Positions 18,550 through 27,538 of a stretch of 64,000 bases of DNA are shown here, piece after piece. The stretch covers positions 1 to 64,000 of IMG/VR virus record IMGVR_UViG_3300047547_000167; one strand, written 5' to 3'. The notes beneath the pieces were generated by a model. It was not told where the DNA came from, made no database searches, and saw nothing but the letters and a program-made list of their open reading frames with translations. The stretch is from a virus. A program made the translations under genes and the position numbers. Each line of letters starts with the position of its first letter. Positions within the stretch are counted from its first letter, which is position 1.

Positions 18550-18783
18550 TCAACGCAGGGCGTCGCGCCAGCGCAGGGGCCACAGGGCGGCGTACTCGAA
18601 CGCCACCGTGACCAGCGACAGCGCCATGATCAGCGCCGCAGCCCACACGGGCATGCCTGCCCCGAATGCGGCGCGGCGCAGGTGGGCCATGGACGGGCCC
18701 GAGCGAAACAGGCGCACCACGGACACGGTGGCAAGCGATGCGCCGATGGAGGCGTAGGCGAGAAGGAGGTCGGAGGTGGTCAC
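18550..18783 (-). CDS. small membrane protein
   Basis: GTG start 7 nt after GGCGTGA-CGG-CACAAT; two TM segments. Confidence 0.55.
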   Translation of the reverse strand: MTTSDLLLAYASIGASLATVSVVRLFRSGPSMAHLRRAAFGAGMPVWAAALIMALSLVTVAFEYAALWPLRWRDALR

Positions 18784-19275
18784 CGACCGGATTGTGCCGT
18801 CACGCCCCGAGCGGTCAGCAGAACGGCGCCGCGAAGCACAGCAGAAAGCCGCGCCCGGGTTTGCCGTCCAGCACCAGCGAGACACCCACGCACCAGATCA
18901 GGACGTTCATGGTTCCCGCAGCGCCCACAAGGCGGCCTTGCCAAGCGGGCCGGCGCGCACGCTGGCGCACAGGTGCCAAGCGGCCACAGCCACGCTGGTC
19001 CGGCGCGGAGCCGTCCAGCCGGTGGAGGAACCCGGGTCTGGCACCAGGATGCGGTGACCACGGCGGCGGGCGAACCAGGGATGGCCGTCAGCGGCGAGCC
19101 ACGGGCGGTCGTACATAGGCGGCCTCGAAAAGACGTTGAAGGTCGCGCGCAGCAACGCGGCGCTCGGCCTCGTGGGCGGGGCTACGAGGCAGGCTCAGCC
19201 GCACCATGGTGCAGTTGCAGTGGGGCTCGCCGTTGCGCGGGCCCAGGCAGGCGCAGAGGGTCGGCAGGAGTGCAG

Positions 19276-19689
19276 TCACGCGACACCCCGCGCACGGATG
19301 GCATCAGCGCAGCCAGACGCGATCTGCTCGGCGCCGTTCCAGAAGCCACGGTTCGACGGGATGTCGCTGCTCCAGCTGAACAGCGCCCGGCTGGCCTCGC
19401 CACCGCACACCTTGGCGCACGCCTCACGCTCAGCCAGCACGGCCTCCCGCACAGCACGGCGCTCCGCCACACCAGACGCAGCCAGCCGGGCCTTCAGCGC
19501 CTCGTTTTCGACCTGAGCGGCGATGCGGGCGGCACGGGCGTCGGCAGCCACCAGGGCGGCGAAGCGCTCCAGCGCGCCAAAGTCATCCGCCTCAACTGAC
19601 TCGCCAAGGTCTTGACCATCCACGTTGTGCATGTCGTAGAGAAAAAACCCAGCCTCACGCGCCATGCGCAGCACGTCGTCGCGGCTCAC
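19276..19689 (-). CDS. hypothetical phage protein
   Basis: SRDDVLRMAREAG...LERFAALV...EREACAK..AIRARG, a recurrent phage pattern. Confidence 0.65.
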   Translation of the reverse strand: MSRDDVLRMAREAGFFLYDMHNVDGQDLGESVEADDFGALERFAALVAADARAARIAAQVENEALKARLAASGVAERRAVREAVLAEREACAKVCGGEASRALFSWSSDIPSNRGFWNGAEQIASGCADAIRARGVA

Positions 19690-20075
19690 AGCCACCCCCT
19701 CATGCTGGCCAGCACCAGCAGGGACGCGCCAGTGCACCAGAACCCGACGATCAGCGCAGCAACCCGGCCCATGCCATCGGGCTCCAGCAGGTCGGGGGCA
19801 TGGGCCACGGGCGCGGCGGCAGGGCAAGCCAGCAGCCAGCGCTCTCGGCGCGGCCGCATGCGGATCACCGGACCAACGGGCGCAGGCCACGGAACCTCGG
19901 GCATGAACACGTGGCAGGGCACGCGGTCGCCCACCGGGGCGGGCTCGTCGGGCTCCACAAGGTCGATGGGCAGGCCATGGGGGACGGGCGAGCGGGGCGC
20001 GAGGCAGGCGCCACTGCACTCGCCAACGGGGTAGCCGCAATGCGGCAGAGCGCACGGGCTCAGGGAAACGGACAT
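19686..20075 (-). CDS. hypothetical protein with C-terminal TM helix
   Basis: Coupled ORF. Confidence 0.45.
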   Translation of the reverse strand: MSVSLSPCALPHCGYPVGECSGACLAPRSPVPHGLPIDLVEPDEPAPVGDRVPCHVFMPEVPWPAPVGPVIRMRPRRERWLLACPAAAPVAHAPDLLEPDGMGRVAALIVGFWCTGASLLVLASMRGWL

Positions 20076-20371
20076 CAGGATTCTCCAGAAGAAGCGGCAG
20101 CAGCAGCGCGGCGACGCTCCCACAGGCCAAGGACCACCGCCTCAAGGCGGCGGCGGTATTCGGGGCCATGACGGGCCTCAATGCGGTCAAGGTGGGCGCG
20201 GCGAGTGTCGCGGCTGCCCATGGCCAGCACGGCACGGGCCTCGACCTCACGGCCCCGCGTCTCCTCGCGCCAATCGGGACACCACGAGCACACGGTCTGG
20301 CCCGACAGCAGCACCACGGTGGGCGCGTCGGCGACCTCCAGCCGTGAACAGCCCAGGCAGCCGTCGCTCAC
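20075..20371 (-). CDS. hypothetical Cys-containing protein
   Basis: GTGA overlap with upstream ORF. Confidence 0.55.
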   Translation of the reverse strand: MSDGCLGCSRLEVADAPTVVLLSGQTVCSWCPDWREETRGREVEARAVLAMGSRDTRRAHLDRIEARHGPEYRRRLEAVVLGLWERRRAAAAASSGES

Positions 20372-20559
20372 ACAGCACCCCGACGTCGCGGCACGCAGGC
20401 CCCAAGGTCGATGCGGCGGCGGCCATCGCTGGCAATCGCGTACTTGCAGCCGGTGAGCGCATCCACGAACACCACCTGGCGCGGAGGCGCGGGGCGAGCC
20501 GGTGCGCATGCGGCCACCAGGGCGGCCAGGGCAAGGGTGAGCGAGATGGTGTAGTTCAT
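20368..20559 (-). CDS. small lipoprotein
   Basis: Signal peptide with lipobox-like LVAAC. Confidence 0.55.
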   Translation of the reverse strand: MNYTISLTLALAALVAACAPARPAPPRQVVFVDALTGCKYAIASDGRRRIDLGACVPRRRGAV

Positions 20560-20630
20560 GGGGTAGTGCAAAATTGATGCGGGAATTTTACCACGGGAGC
20601 GGACGGGTAGCCGGGGCGGGAAAACCCCCA

Positions 20631-20695
20631 TTTGCGCCCTATGTGCGCCCAGGAAAAACGGCCACCCAACAAAACCCAATGAAATCAAGTGGTTA
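20631..20695 (+). promoter_or_regulatory. tandem GCGCCC arm-like repeats + IHF consensus site
   Basis: TTTGCGCCCTATGTGCGCCC; AATCAAGTGGTTA matches WATCAANNNNTTR. Confidence 0.55.
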
Positions 20696-21082
20696 CGCAT
20701 GTCCGCGCACTGATTTGGAATCATTCGGCCTTGGAGATTCCCCAGCAATTGCAACGATTTGAGAGGGTAGCGCTGGCGTGGGGTTGGGGTTGGGCGCGCA
20801 CCGCACACCAGCGTCGGCCTCGCCCGCCCTGCCCTTCAGCCTGAGCCCGCAGGAGCACAGCACATCGGGCGCCGCCCCCACGGCCTCGGCCCCGCAATTG
20901 GAGCACACATAGCGCCGCGTGTCGGCCCCAGGCACCAGGGTGGACAGCAGGCGGCCGAAGCAGTGTCGGCATACATGCGGCTCAAGGCGAAACCCCACGT
21001 CCGGCGCGGGCGCGCGCGTTTTTTTTGATTGGGTCGATAGGTTTTTCCTATCGGGCCCGGCATCGCAATAGTTTTCACCCAT
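20693..21082 (-). CDS. Zn-finger protein
   Basis: CRHC, CSNC, CSC, C. Confidence 0.65.
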   Translation of the reverse strand: MGENYCDAGPDRKNLSTQSKKTRAPAPDVGFRLEPHVCRHCFGRLLSTLVPGADTRRYVCSNCGAEAVGAAPDVLCSCGLRLKGRAGEADAGVRCAPNPNPTPALPSQIVAIAGESPRPNDSKSVRGHA

Positions 21083-21641
21083 TCATCACCCCGCCACGTC
21101 CCAAGCCCATCACAACCCGCCGCGTCGAATCCCGCAGCAGCTCCACCACCAGCTCATCCGTCCCAGCCGTCAGCTCCCGCACCAGAACCCGAACCTCGCC
21201 CCCGACCGCGTACACCACGCGACGCTTCGCCAGCACCGGGTGCAACTTCGGGAACTGCCCCTTGGCATTCTTCCCTTTCACCCACTCGTACTCGCGGTTC
21301 TTGCACCCCACGCACACATTCCCCCCGATCAGCCGCAGATCGGTCCGATGACACCGCGCACAGATCGACACACCCCGCAGCCGGTGGTAGCTCGCATCCC
21401 CCTCGCCCGAGTGCTGCGCCCCAACAGGGCAAGCCCGGCACCGGAACAACCGCTCAGGCACACCCCCCTGGCTGTTCGCCTCGGCCCACATCCCCACACA
21501 CGACACCACGCGAATGCTCGCGCTCAACCGGTCGCACCGGAACATCGGCTGGCCCGGCATCAGCTCGGACTCGAAGTAATCCACCCCCGGCACCTGGACA
21601 GAGCCAGGCGCAGGACAGGCAGCGCGGGAAGCTGGAGGCAT
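21075..21641 (-). CDS. multi-Cys Zn-finger protein, candidate regulator
   Basis: CRACPVG, CARC, CVGC. Confidence 0.7.
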   Translation of the reverse strand: MPPASRAACPAPGSVQVPGVDYFESELMPGQPMFRCDRLSASIRVVSCVGMWAEANSQGGVPERLFRCRACPVGAQHSGEGDASYHRLRGVSICARCHRTDLRLIGGNVCVGCKNREYEWVKGKNAKGQFPKLHPVLAKRRVVYAVGGEVRVLVRELTAGTDELVVELLRDSTRRVVMGLGRGGVMNG

Positions 21642-21729
21642 GGCAGTGGCCCGGAAATTTCGATGCCCGGGATTATGCCGCCCCTACAGTCACGACAGGC
21701 CGTGAAGCCGTGAATTGGCGGGAAAACAA

Positions 21730-22106
21730 CAGAGGAACCGAAGCGGCAGCCAGTTCCCCTCCGGTTCCCTTTTTGGTTCCCTCTCTCTTCTCTTTATTTA
21801 TCAAGACTTAATCAAGATAGTAGTAGTAGAGGGAACCAGGGAACCGGTAAAAGATAGATAACCCCCTAGCGAGAAGACTAGAAAACAGATACCCAGCATG
21901 CAGCATTTTTGTTGCATCACACATACACTCTTTTTCTAGGGTGCTTAGCCTATCGGTCCGGTTCCCGGTGCCTTTGGTTCCCGACACGCAGGAACCCCAA
22001 TGAAATCAACGGTTTTTGCAGGAACCAAGGCGGGAACCACCCCCCGAAAATGCATCAAATTTGCGGGGAACCCGAGGGGGAACCTGAAAGCGGTTCCCGG
22101 TTCCCG
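21730..22106. repeat. putative replication origin: 14 GGTTCC/GGAACC iterons around an AT-rich core
   Basis: Non-coding divergence point; hexamers in both orientations; AT-rich 21781-21830. Confidence 0.7.
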
Positions 22107-22124
22107 CAAGTATTCGAGCACATG

Positions 22125-22147
22125 CCGCAAAATTGTTGTGGTAGAAT
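22125..22147 (+). promoter_or_regulatory. 17-bp operator + TAGAAT
   Basis: CCGCAAAATTGTTGTGG-TAGAAT. Confidence 0.7.
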
Positions 22148-22178
22148 TGAGCCATCGAAACAGACGCCAGACAGCAAC

Positions 22179-22544
22179 ATGACCACCTACAAATGCAGCC
22201 GCTGCGCCGGTACCGGACGCCTGACCCAATTCAGCAACGTGATCGGCGGCACCTGCTTCAAGTGTCACGGCGCTGGAACCCAGCCCAGCAAGCCCGCGAA
22301 GCCCGGGGCCATGTGGGCGGTCTTCGGGTTTGACCGCACCACCGGCACGCTGGCCAGGATTTACAACGTGAGCGCCAAGACAGAGCAGGAGGCCATCAAG
22401 AAGGCCGCCGCCACCATGGCCAGAGCCAGCGCCGAGTACCGCGCCCGGTACGCCGAGCCCGAACGGGCGATTGCATGGACAGACATGACCAACCAGGCCG
22501 CCCTGACATGGGACGAGGCCACCACCACCAAGGAGAACGTATGA
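22179..22544 (+). CDS. CxxCxGxG Zn-finger protein
   Basis: CSRCAGTG...CFKCHGAG. Confidence 0.7.
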   Translation: MTTYKCSRCAGTGRLTQFSNVIGGTCFKCHGAGTQPSKPAKPGAMWAVFGFDRTTGTLARIYNVSAKTEQEAIKKAAATMARASAEYRARYAEPERAIAWTDMTNQAALTWDEATTTKENV

Positions 22545-22897
22545 GTTACACCGACACCCTCGCCGCCATCCGCGTAGCCGGATACCACAACGACCAGCGC
22601 ACCAGAGTGCGCCTGTTCACCGAGAGCCGCGTCAGCCGCGAAGCAGCCGACAAGGCATGGGCCAAAGGCATGGACCAGCGCGCGGCTGGCATGGCCTGCG
22701 GGTGCTACCAGTGCAAGGAAGCGTTCCACGCCAACCTGCGCCAGCAGGAGCGCCTGCTCAACGCCGGATGCCTGACCACCTGGGACGCCACCACCGGCCA
22801 CACCACATGGACCGTCGCCGGGCAGGTCGTCGGCCACTCGGTCGGGCAGGTCGGAGCCACCACCGGATACATCAACCAACCAGCAACCCAAGCATGA
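22541..22897 (+). CDS. hypothetical protein
   Basis: AAGGAG RBS; ATGA overlap. Confidence 0.65.
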   Translation: MSYTDTLAAIRVAGYHNDQRTRVRLFTESRVSREAADKAWAKGMDQRAAGMACGCYQCKEAFHANLRQQERLLNAGCLTTWDATTGHTTWTVAGQVVGHSVGQVGATTGYINQPATQA

Positions 22898-23169
22898 CCA
22901 CCACCCCCACCCCCCTCGAATGGCAACCCCTCTGGGACGCCATGGACGCCGCCCCAACCGCCTGGATCGAAACCACCAGCGAGATGTTCTGGCAGATGCT
23001 CGAATGCCTGCCACCCCGGGCCCAGCGTCGCGGAGCCTTCCTGGTCGGCGAGGCCAAGACGCACAACGAGAACGGCCAGGCCGTCCACGCATGTTTCAAC
23101 GAGCGCGCCGATGGACGCTTTTTTGCCCGCCACATGACCGTGGCAGAATTTTTGAAGGAGTTTTCATGA
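22894..23169 (+). CDS. DUF1419-like protein
   Basis: ETTSEMFWQMLECLPP..FLVGEA pattern. Confidence 0.55.
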   Translation: MTTTPTPLEWQPLWDAMDAAPTAWIETTSEMFWQMLECLPPRAQRRGAFLVGEAKTHNENGQAVHACFNERADGRFFARHMTVAEFLKEFS

Positions 23170-23351
23170 GCACTGCACAGCACACGCCAGGAGAGTGGGA
23201 AGCGCATGCGGGAGTGGGTAAACGAAAACCTGCGGAAGGAGCAAGCATGACAGAAGCAGACATAGACAACATAGATTGCAACAAGATTCGGCAGGTGTTT
23301 CGATTGGCAATCCTTGTGCCGAAAGCTAAACGCAACAAGGGGAAAGAATGA
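23166..23351 (+). CDS. hypothetical protein
   Basis: AAGGAG RBS; HTPGEW. Confidence 0.5.
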   Translation: MSTAQHTPGEWEAHAGVGKRKPAEGASMTEADIDNIDCNKIRQVFRLAILVPKAKRNKGKE

Positions 23352-23545
23352 CCCGCCCAGACTCCCCCTGCATCGCCATCTGCGACACGCTCTACCAACC
23401 CACCCACTGCTCAGGCTGCGGCCGCACCATCCAGGAGGTGGCCAACTGGGTGGCCCTCAGCGAAGCCGAGAAAGACGCGGTGTGGCAGCGCATCGAGGCA
23501 GAGGGCACCGCCAAGCGTTTCACCACTTACCGGGAGCGGACATGA
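23348..23545 (+). CDS. DUF1289 (predicted Fe-S) protein
   Basis: SPCIAIC...CSGCGRT..EVANW. Confidence 0.8.
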   Translation: MTRPDSPCIAICDTLYQPTHCSGCGRTIQEVANWVALSEAEKDAVWQRIEAEGTAKRFTTYRERT

Positions 23546-23793
23546 GCCGCCACATCCCCTACGCCGCCTACCTGCTCAGCCACCCCGTCGTCATCACCAC
23601 CCCGGGCCAGTACATCACCCGCGCAGGCGAGGCGGTCACGGTTGACAACGTGAGCGACTACCACTGGAAGCGCGGCACGTATTCCACCGGCCAGCGCGAG
23701 TGCTGGCACAGCAGCGGCCGCATCTTCAGCGGACAGGAAACGGCCAACGACATCGTGGGCCAGGTCGCAGCAGAATCCAGGCTGGAACCATGA
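23542..23793 (+). CDS. hypothetical protein
   Basis: Coupled ORF. Confidence 0.6.
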   Translation: MSRHIPYAAYLLSHPVVITTPGQYITRAGEAVTVDNVSDYHWKRGTYSTGQRECWHSSGRIFSGQETANDIVGQVAAESRLEP

Positions 23794-24293
23794 AACTCCA
23801 CACCATCGAATCCATCCACCAGCGCTGCGTCGAAGAAGGCGACTGCTGGGAGTGGCAAGGCTGCACCACCGCCACAGGCCACCCGACGGTGCGCCACGAC
23901 GGCAAAACCGTACTGGTGCGACGGCTTGTGGTATCACTGTTAGGCCGCCAGATAGGCCCAAAAGACAAGGCGGTGACGACTTGTGAGAACACTAAGTGCG
24001 TCAACCCAGACCACGTCGTCACACGCACGCACCGCCAGGTCATGAAGCGCCAAGGCGAACTCGGGAAGCTGAGCGATCCCGCCCGCATCGCCAAGATCGC
24101 GGCCACCAAGCGAGCTGGCCATCAAGCCAAGCTGACCATTGATGACGCCCGCGCCATTCGCGCCAGCAGCGATACGCACAAGAAAATCGCAGAGCAATAC
24201 AGCATTCACCCCAGCAAAGTCGCGTCAATCCGGCAACACCGATGCTGGAGAGAACTCACGGGAAACCCGTTTGCCGGGCTGGGCGCGCGGTGA
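23790..24293 (+). CDS. HNH-like protein with C-terminal HTH
   Basis: CWEWQG...CENTKCVNPDHV...KLT..ARAIR. Confidence 0.7.
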   Translation: MKLHTIESIHQRCVEEGDCWEWQGCTTATGHPTVRHDGKTVLVRRLVVSLLGRQIGPKDKAVTTCENTKCVNPDHVVTRTHRQVMKRQGELGKLSDPARIAKIAATKRAGHQAKLTIDDARAIRASSDTHKKIAEQYSIHPSKVASIRQHRCWRELTGNPFAGLGAR

Positions 24294-24323
24294 GTAACCA
24301 CAAAAATTGGTCATGAATACACG

Positions 24324-24346
24324 CCGCAATAATTTTGCGGCACAAT
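24324..24346 (+). promoter_or_regulatory. 17-bp operator + CACAAT
   Basis: CCGCAA-TAATT-TTGCGG, perfect arms. Confidence 0.7.
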
Positions 24347-24379
24347 CAGCGCATCAACAACCACCAAGGGAACAACACC

Positions 24380-24634
24380 ATGAACCTCCAAGCCCACATC
24401 ATCAGCACGCGCGGCAAGCGCCTGCACAGCATCCAGGTTGTGACCGCGTCCACAGGCCTCGACCGCGTCACCATCTCCCTGGCCGAACAAGAAGCCCGCG
24501 ACTGGGCCCGCACCAACGGCCACAAGGTGATCAGCGACATCGTCAGCCAGGGCGAATACCGCGCATGGGTCGAGCCCATCCCCGCCGGTCGCCTGCGCAC
24601 CATGGCGCAACTCGGTCGCGGGGTGGCGGCGTGA
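24380..24634 (+). CDS. hypothetical protein
   Basis: Follows operator/promoter and RBS. Confidence 0.6.
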   Translation: MNLQAHIISTRGKRLHSIQVVTASTGLDRVTISLAEQEARDWARTNGHKVISDIVSQGEYRAWVEPIPAGRLRTMAQLGRGVAA

Positions 24635-24987
24635 ACACCATCCCCCCAGGCTTCCAAGCCCCACCCGTCGTGCGCGCATTCCAGCGCCTCCAAGCCGAAC
24701 TCGATGCCACGCGCACCATCGCGCTCTCCGAGGGCGTGCGCGCCACCACCCTCGCCGACCAGCTCGACGCGCTCCACCAGGATGCCATGCGGTACCGGGC
24801 GCTGAAGACGCGGCACCCGTACATCATGGTCACCCGCCTGATCCAACCCGGCGGCGGTTACAGCAGCGCGCGAGCCGAGAGCGTCATCGATGCATTCGCC
24901 GACAAGGCCGTCGCCGAGGTCGCCGACTGGGACGCCACGACACCCGAAGCCCGCATGGCCAACGCCCTCGCCGAGGTGCGCCAATGA
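24631..24987 (+). CDS. hypothetical protein
   Basis: GTGA coupling; DAMRYR motif. Confidence 0.6.
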   Translation: MNTIPPGFQAPPVVRAFQRLQAELDATRTIALSEGVRATTLADQLDALHQDAMRYRALKTRHPYIMVTRLIQPGGGYSSARAESVIDAFADKAVAEVADWDATTPEARMANALAEVRQ

Positions 24988-25241
24988 CCGCCCCCACCCG
25001 CGACGTGACGCGCATCGAGAAAGCCCGCGTCACCACGCTCCACGAGTGCAACGCCTACATCGGCCACGCGACCGGCGTGATGATTGCCGGTGGCGTCGAG
25101 TGCATCGTCATCACCGCCAACCGCGAAGAAGCGCAGGCCTTCATGGATGCCTTCTTCCCCACACAGGGAGACGCCCGGTTTTCAGCCCCCGTCGCCATGG
25201 TCCAGCGCAAGGACGTGGCCATCACACCCGCATCATCATGA
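24984..25241 (+). CDS. hypothetical protein
   Basis: ATGA coupling. Confidence 0.6.
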   Translation: MTAPTRDVTRIEKARVTTLHECNAYIGHATGVMIAGGVECIVITANREEAQAFMDAFFPTQGDARFSAPVAMVQRKDVAITPASS

Positions 25242-25429
25242 TCACCATCACGCACCAAAAGAAGACCGTCGCAGCCATCCACCGCCAGAACGCAGGGGAT
25301 GACGGGTACACACCAGCCGAACCATGGGTGCTGAAGTACGACGCCGGGCGCATCGAGCGCTTCCACAACTTGAACGCCGCGAAGTACGAGGCAAACAAAA
25401 CGTGGCCAGGCTGCAAATTTATCAAGTAA
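25238..25429 (+). CDS. hypothetical protein
   Basis: ATGA coupling. Confidence 0.55.
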   Translation: MITITHQKKTVAAIHRQNAGDDGYTPAEPWVLKYDAGRIERFHNLNAAKYEANKTWPGCKFIK

Positions 25430-25440
25430 AACGGTGGATG

Positions 25441-25463
25441 CAGCAAAATTGTTGCAGTAGAAT
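25441..25463 (+). promoter_or_regulatory. 17-bp operator + TAGAAT
   Basis: CAGCAAAATTGTTGCAG-TAGAAT. Confidence 0.7.
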
Positions 25464-25489
25464 AGAGGCATCGCAACAAGGAGAGCAGC

Positions 25490-25708
25490 ATGACCCGCAA
25501 ATACCACCTTCAAGACACTAAGCACTACGGCCCAACCTGCCAAGGCGGCCGCAGCGGCGCCGGCCTTATTCGTAGCGGCGAGCACACCACCGTCCATTAC
25601 AGCGAGTTCTCCGCGACGGCCCGTGAACTGCGCTGCGACCGCTGCAACAACGGCAAGTTGTTCGCGTTCCTTGAGCGCCAAACCGCAAAAGCATTGTTGG
25701 CCGCCTGA
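25490..25708 (+). CDS. hypothetical protein
   Basis: AAGGAG RBS; CDRC. Confidence 0.65.
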   Translation: MTRKYHLQDTKHYGPTCQGGRSGAGLIRSGEHTTVHYSEFSATARELRCDRCNNGKLFAFLERQTAKALLAA

Positions 25709-25767
25709 TAACACCCAGCCATTCGGGGCCACGGCCCCTGACCAAAAACAAACAACGAAAGCGCACC

Positions 25768-26064
25768 ATGACCGACCGTACCACCCTCGCCCTCGCCGCC
25801 TGCGCCGGGCTCACCGACGCCGAACTCGCCGAGCGCGGGCCCCAGGGCTTCAAGAAGATGCGCGACCGAAAGCGCCAGTACGCCACCGCCGCCCGCATGC
25901 TGGCGAAAGGCATGGAACTGGCCGAGGCGAAGATCGCCGACCTCCAGAAGCAGCTGGACGCCGCGAAGAAGCACGCCGCAGCACTGGAGCAACTCGACGC
26001 GCCGGTGACCGACACCACGCAGGCCGCCAACCTGTTGGCAGCACTGGGCAAGACCACCAAGTAA
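25768..26064 (+). CDS. coiled-coil hypothetical protein
   Basis: 98 aa; ACAGL motif. Confidence 0.65.
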   Translation: MTDRTTLALAACAGLTDAELAERGPQGFKKMRDRKRQYATAARMLAKGMELAEAKIADLQKQLDAAKKHAAALEQLDAPVTDTTQAANLLAALGKTTK

Positions 26065-26099
26065 CGCAACCCGCCCGGAGCCAACCGGGCACATCAACC

Positions 26100-26408
26100 A
26101 TGAAACTCAAGCACCTCACCATCATCGCAGCCATCCTCGTCAGCGCGACAGCGCACGCCCAGGACCGCAACATCCACATCGACACACACGAGGGCAAACT
26201 CATTCTGGAGCCCAAGGCGTGCCAAAAAGGCGGACGGGAAGCCACGTTCATCGAAAGCCGACACAACGGCGGCGGCGGCTACGGCTGCTGGTACGTCTGG
26301 AACGACAACGTGTACGTCGCGTGGCACACCTTCATGGGCGCGAACGGAAGCATGCTCCGAACCAACACGGTCATGACATACCCAGCGCCACCGGAGCTGC
26401 GTCGTTGA
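26100..26408 (+). CDS. secreted/periplasmic protein
   Basis: Signal peptide MKLKHLTIIAAILVSATAHA; GCW motif. Confidence 0.65.
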   Translation: MKLKHLTIIAAILVSATAHAQDRNIHIDTHEGKLILEPKACQKGGREATFIESRHNGGGGYGCWYVWNDNVYVAWHTFMGANGSMLRTNTVMTYPAPPELRR

Positions 26409-26534
26409 CCGCCCCACCACCCGGCTGGCCGTTTCCCACATGGAAGGGCCGGCCGATCCCACCACTACCGCCCCAGCCGTACCCGGGCAAGGCACCGTTT
26501 TAACCCGCCGCCCCGGTCGCACGGGGCCAGAACC

Positions 26535-26957
26535 ATGACCAAACAAATTGAAACCCTGATGGCGCTGGCCGATGAGTACGCAAAAGCGTGGCACGCAAGC
26601 CAGACAAGCCGATTGATTGCAGCGTATGACGATGGCGACCATCGCAAGGCACTGCGCACGGCAATTGAGGCTGCGCTGAAGCCGGGGGTGGAGCCTGTAG
26701 CGAAATACATCGGAGAGTGCCCGAATGGTTCATTGGTGCAGCTTTTCGATGATTTGAAAAAAGGAACTGAACTCTACACCGCCGCACCCACAGCGCAAAC
26801 ACCGCCGCCACGGCTGAAGGACACAGCGGTCGAAGCATGTATCAAAGCGGTCGAAGATGCATTCGCGTGGACTGGTGGACATGGTGAGCCATCCAAACCG
26901 GGGCCAGACGCGATAGCGAACATCATTCGTTCGCACTTTCACGTTGCGCAGTCATGA
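26535..26957 (+). CDS. hypothetical protein
   Basis: EPVA...LYTA phage pattern. Confidence 0.6.
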   Translation: MTKQIETLMALADEYAKAWHASQTSRLIAAYDDGDHRKALRTAIEAALKPGVEPVAKYIGECPNGSLVQLFDDLKKGTELYTAAPTAQTPPPRLKDTAVEACIKAVEDAFAWTGGHGEPSKPGPDAIANIIRSHFHVAQS

Positions 26958-27175
26958 CCAACCACCGCGCCACAGTCGGCCCCATCACCACCTGGCTACT
27001 GACCCGCGTGGTCGGCGGCTGCCAGCACAGCATCTCCGTCACGTACAACAACCGACACGAACCCAGCCCCGAAGTCGCCCGCCGCATCTGGCGCGCGCGC
27101 CGCCAGCTCCAGATCGCCTGCGAGCAGCAGCGCGACGCGATCCGAATCCAGCAACAACTTCACCACCACTACTGA
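26954..27175 (+). CDS. hypothetical protein
   Basis: ATGA coupling. Confidence 0.55.
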   Translation: MTNHRATVGPITTWLLTRVVGGCQHSISVTYNNRHEPSPEVARRIWRARRQLQIACEQQRDAIRIQQQLHHHY

Positions 27176-27180
27176 CCATC

Positions 27181-27339
27181 ATGAAAATCATTGCCACCAC
27201 CATCACCTGCATCGGCGCGCTGATGCTCGCCAAACACCTGTTTTCAGGATTCATCACCGGCTACGCAACAATGGACGGCAGCGACATCTCTGCGGTGCTG
27301 CTGCTCGCCATCGCCGTGCGTCTGACCTTCCAGGAGTGA
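27181..27339 (+). CDS. small 2-TM protein
   Basis: Hydrophobic, 52 aa. Confidence 0.55.
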   Translation: MKIIATTITCIGALMLAKHLFSGFITGYATMDGSDISAVLLLAIAVRLTFQE

Positions 27340-27533
27340 CCATGCACACACCCGAAGAAGCCCGCGCCTTGTGGTGCCCCATGGTTGTCGGACGAGGCTC
27401 AAGCGAAAAATGCAGGGCCGACCGCTGCGCCATGTGGCGGTGGGCGCAACCACCCCACCCCCAGGACGGCATCGACCGCAGTCACCAGCCACGTAGTGGA
27501 TACTGTGGGCTGGCTCCACTTCACAAAACCTGA
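27336..27533 (+). CDS. small Cys-rich protein
   Basis: WCPM...C...CAMWRW...GYCGLA. Confidence 0.6.
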   Translation: MTMHTPEEARALWCPMVVGRGSSEKCRADRCAMWRWAQPPHPQDGIDRSHQPRSGYCGLAPLHKT

Positions 27534-27538
27534 CCACC

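Noticed and set aside
21730-22106. CRISPR array
   Set aside because: Repeats are 6-7 bp, in mixed orientation and irregularly spaced; no cas genes
21909-22178. 5' extension of the 22179 gene in the ORF track
   Set aside because: Runs through the origin repeats and lies upstream of the promoter; the true start is probably 22179
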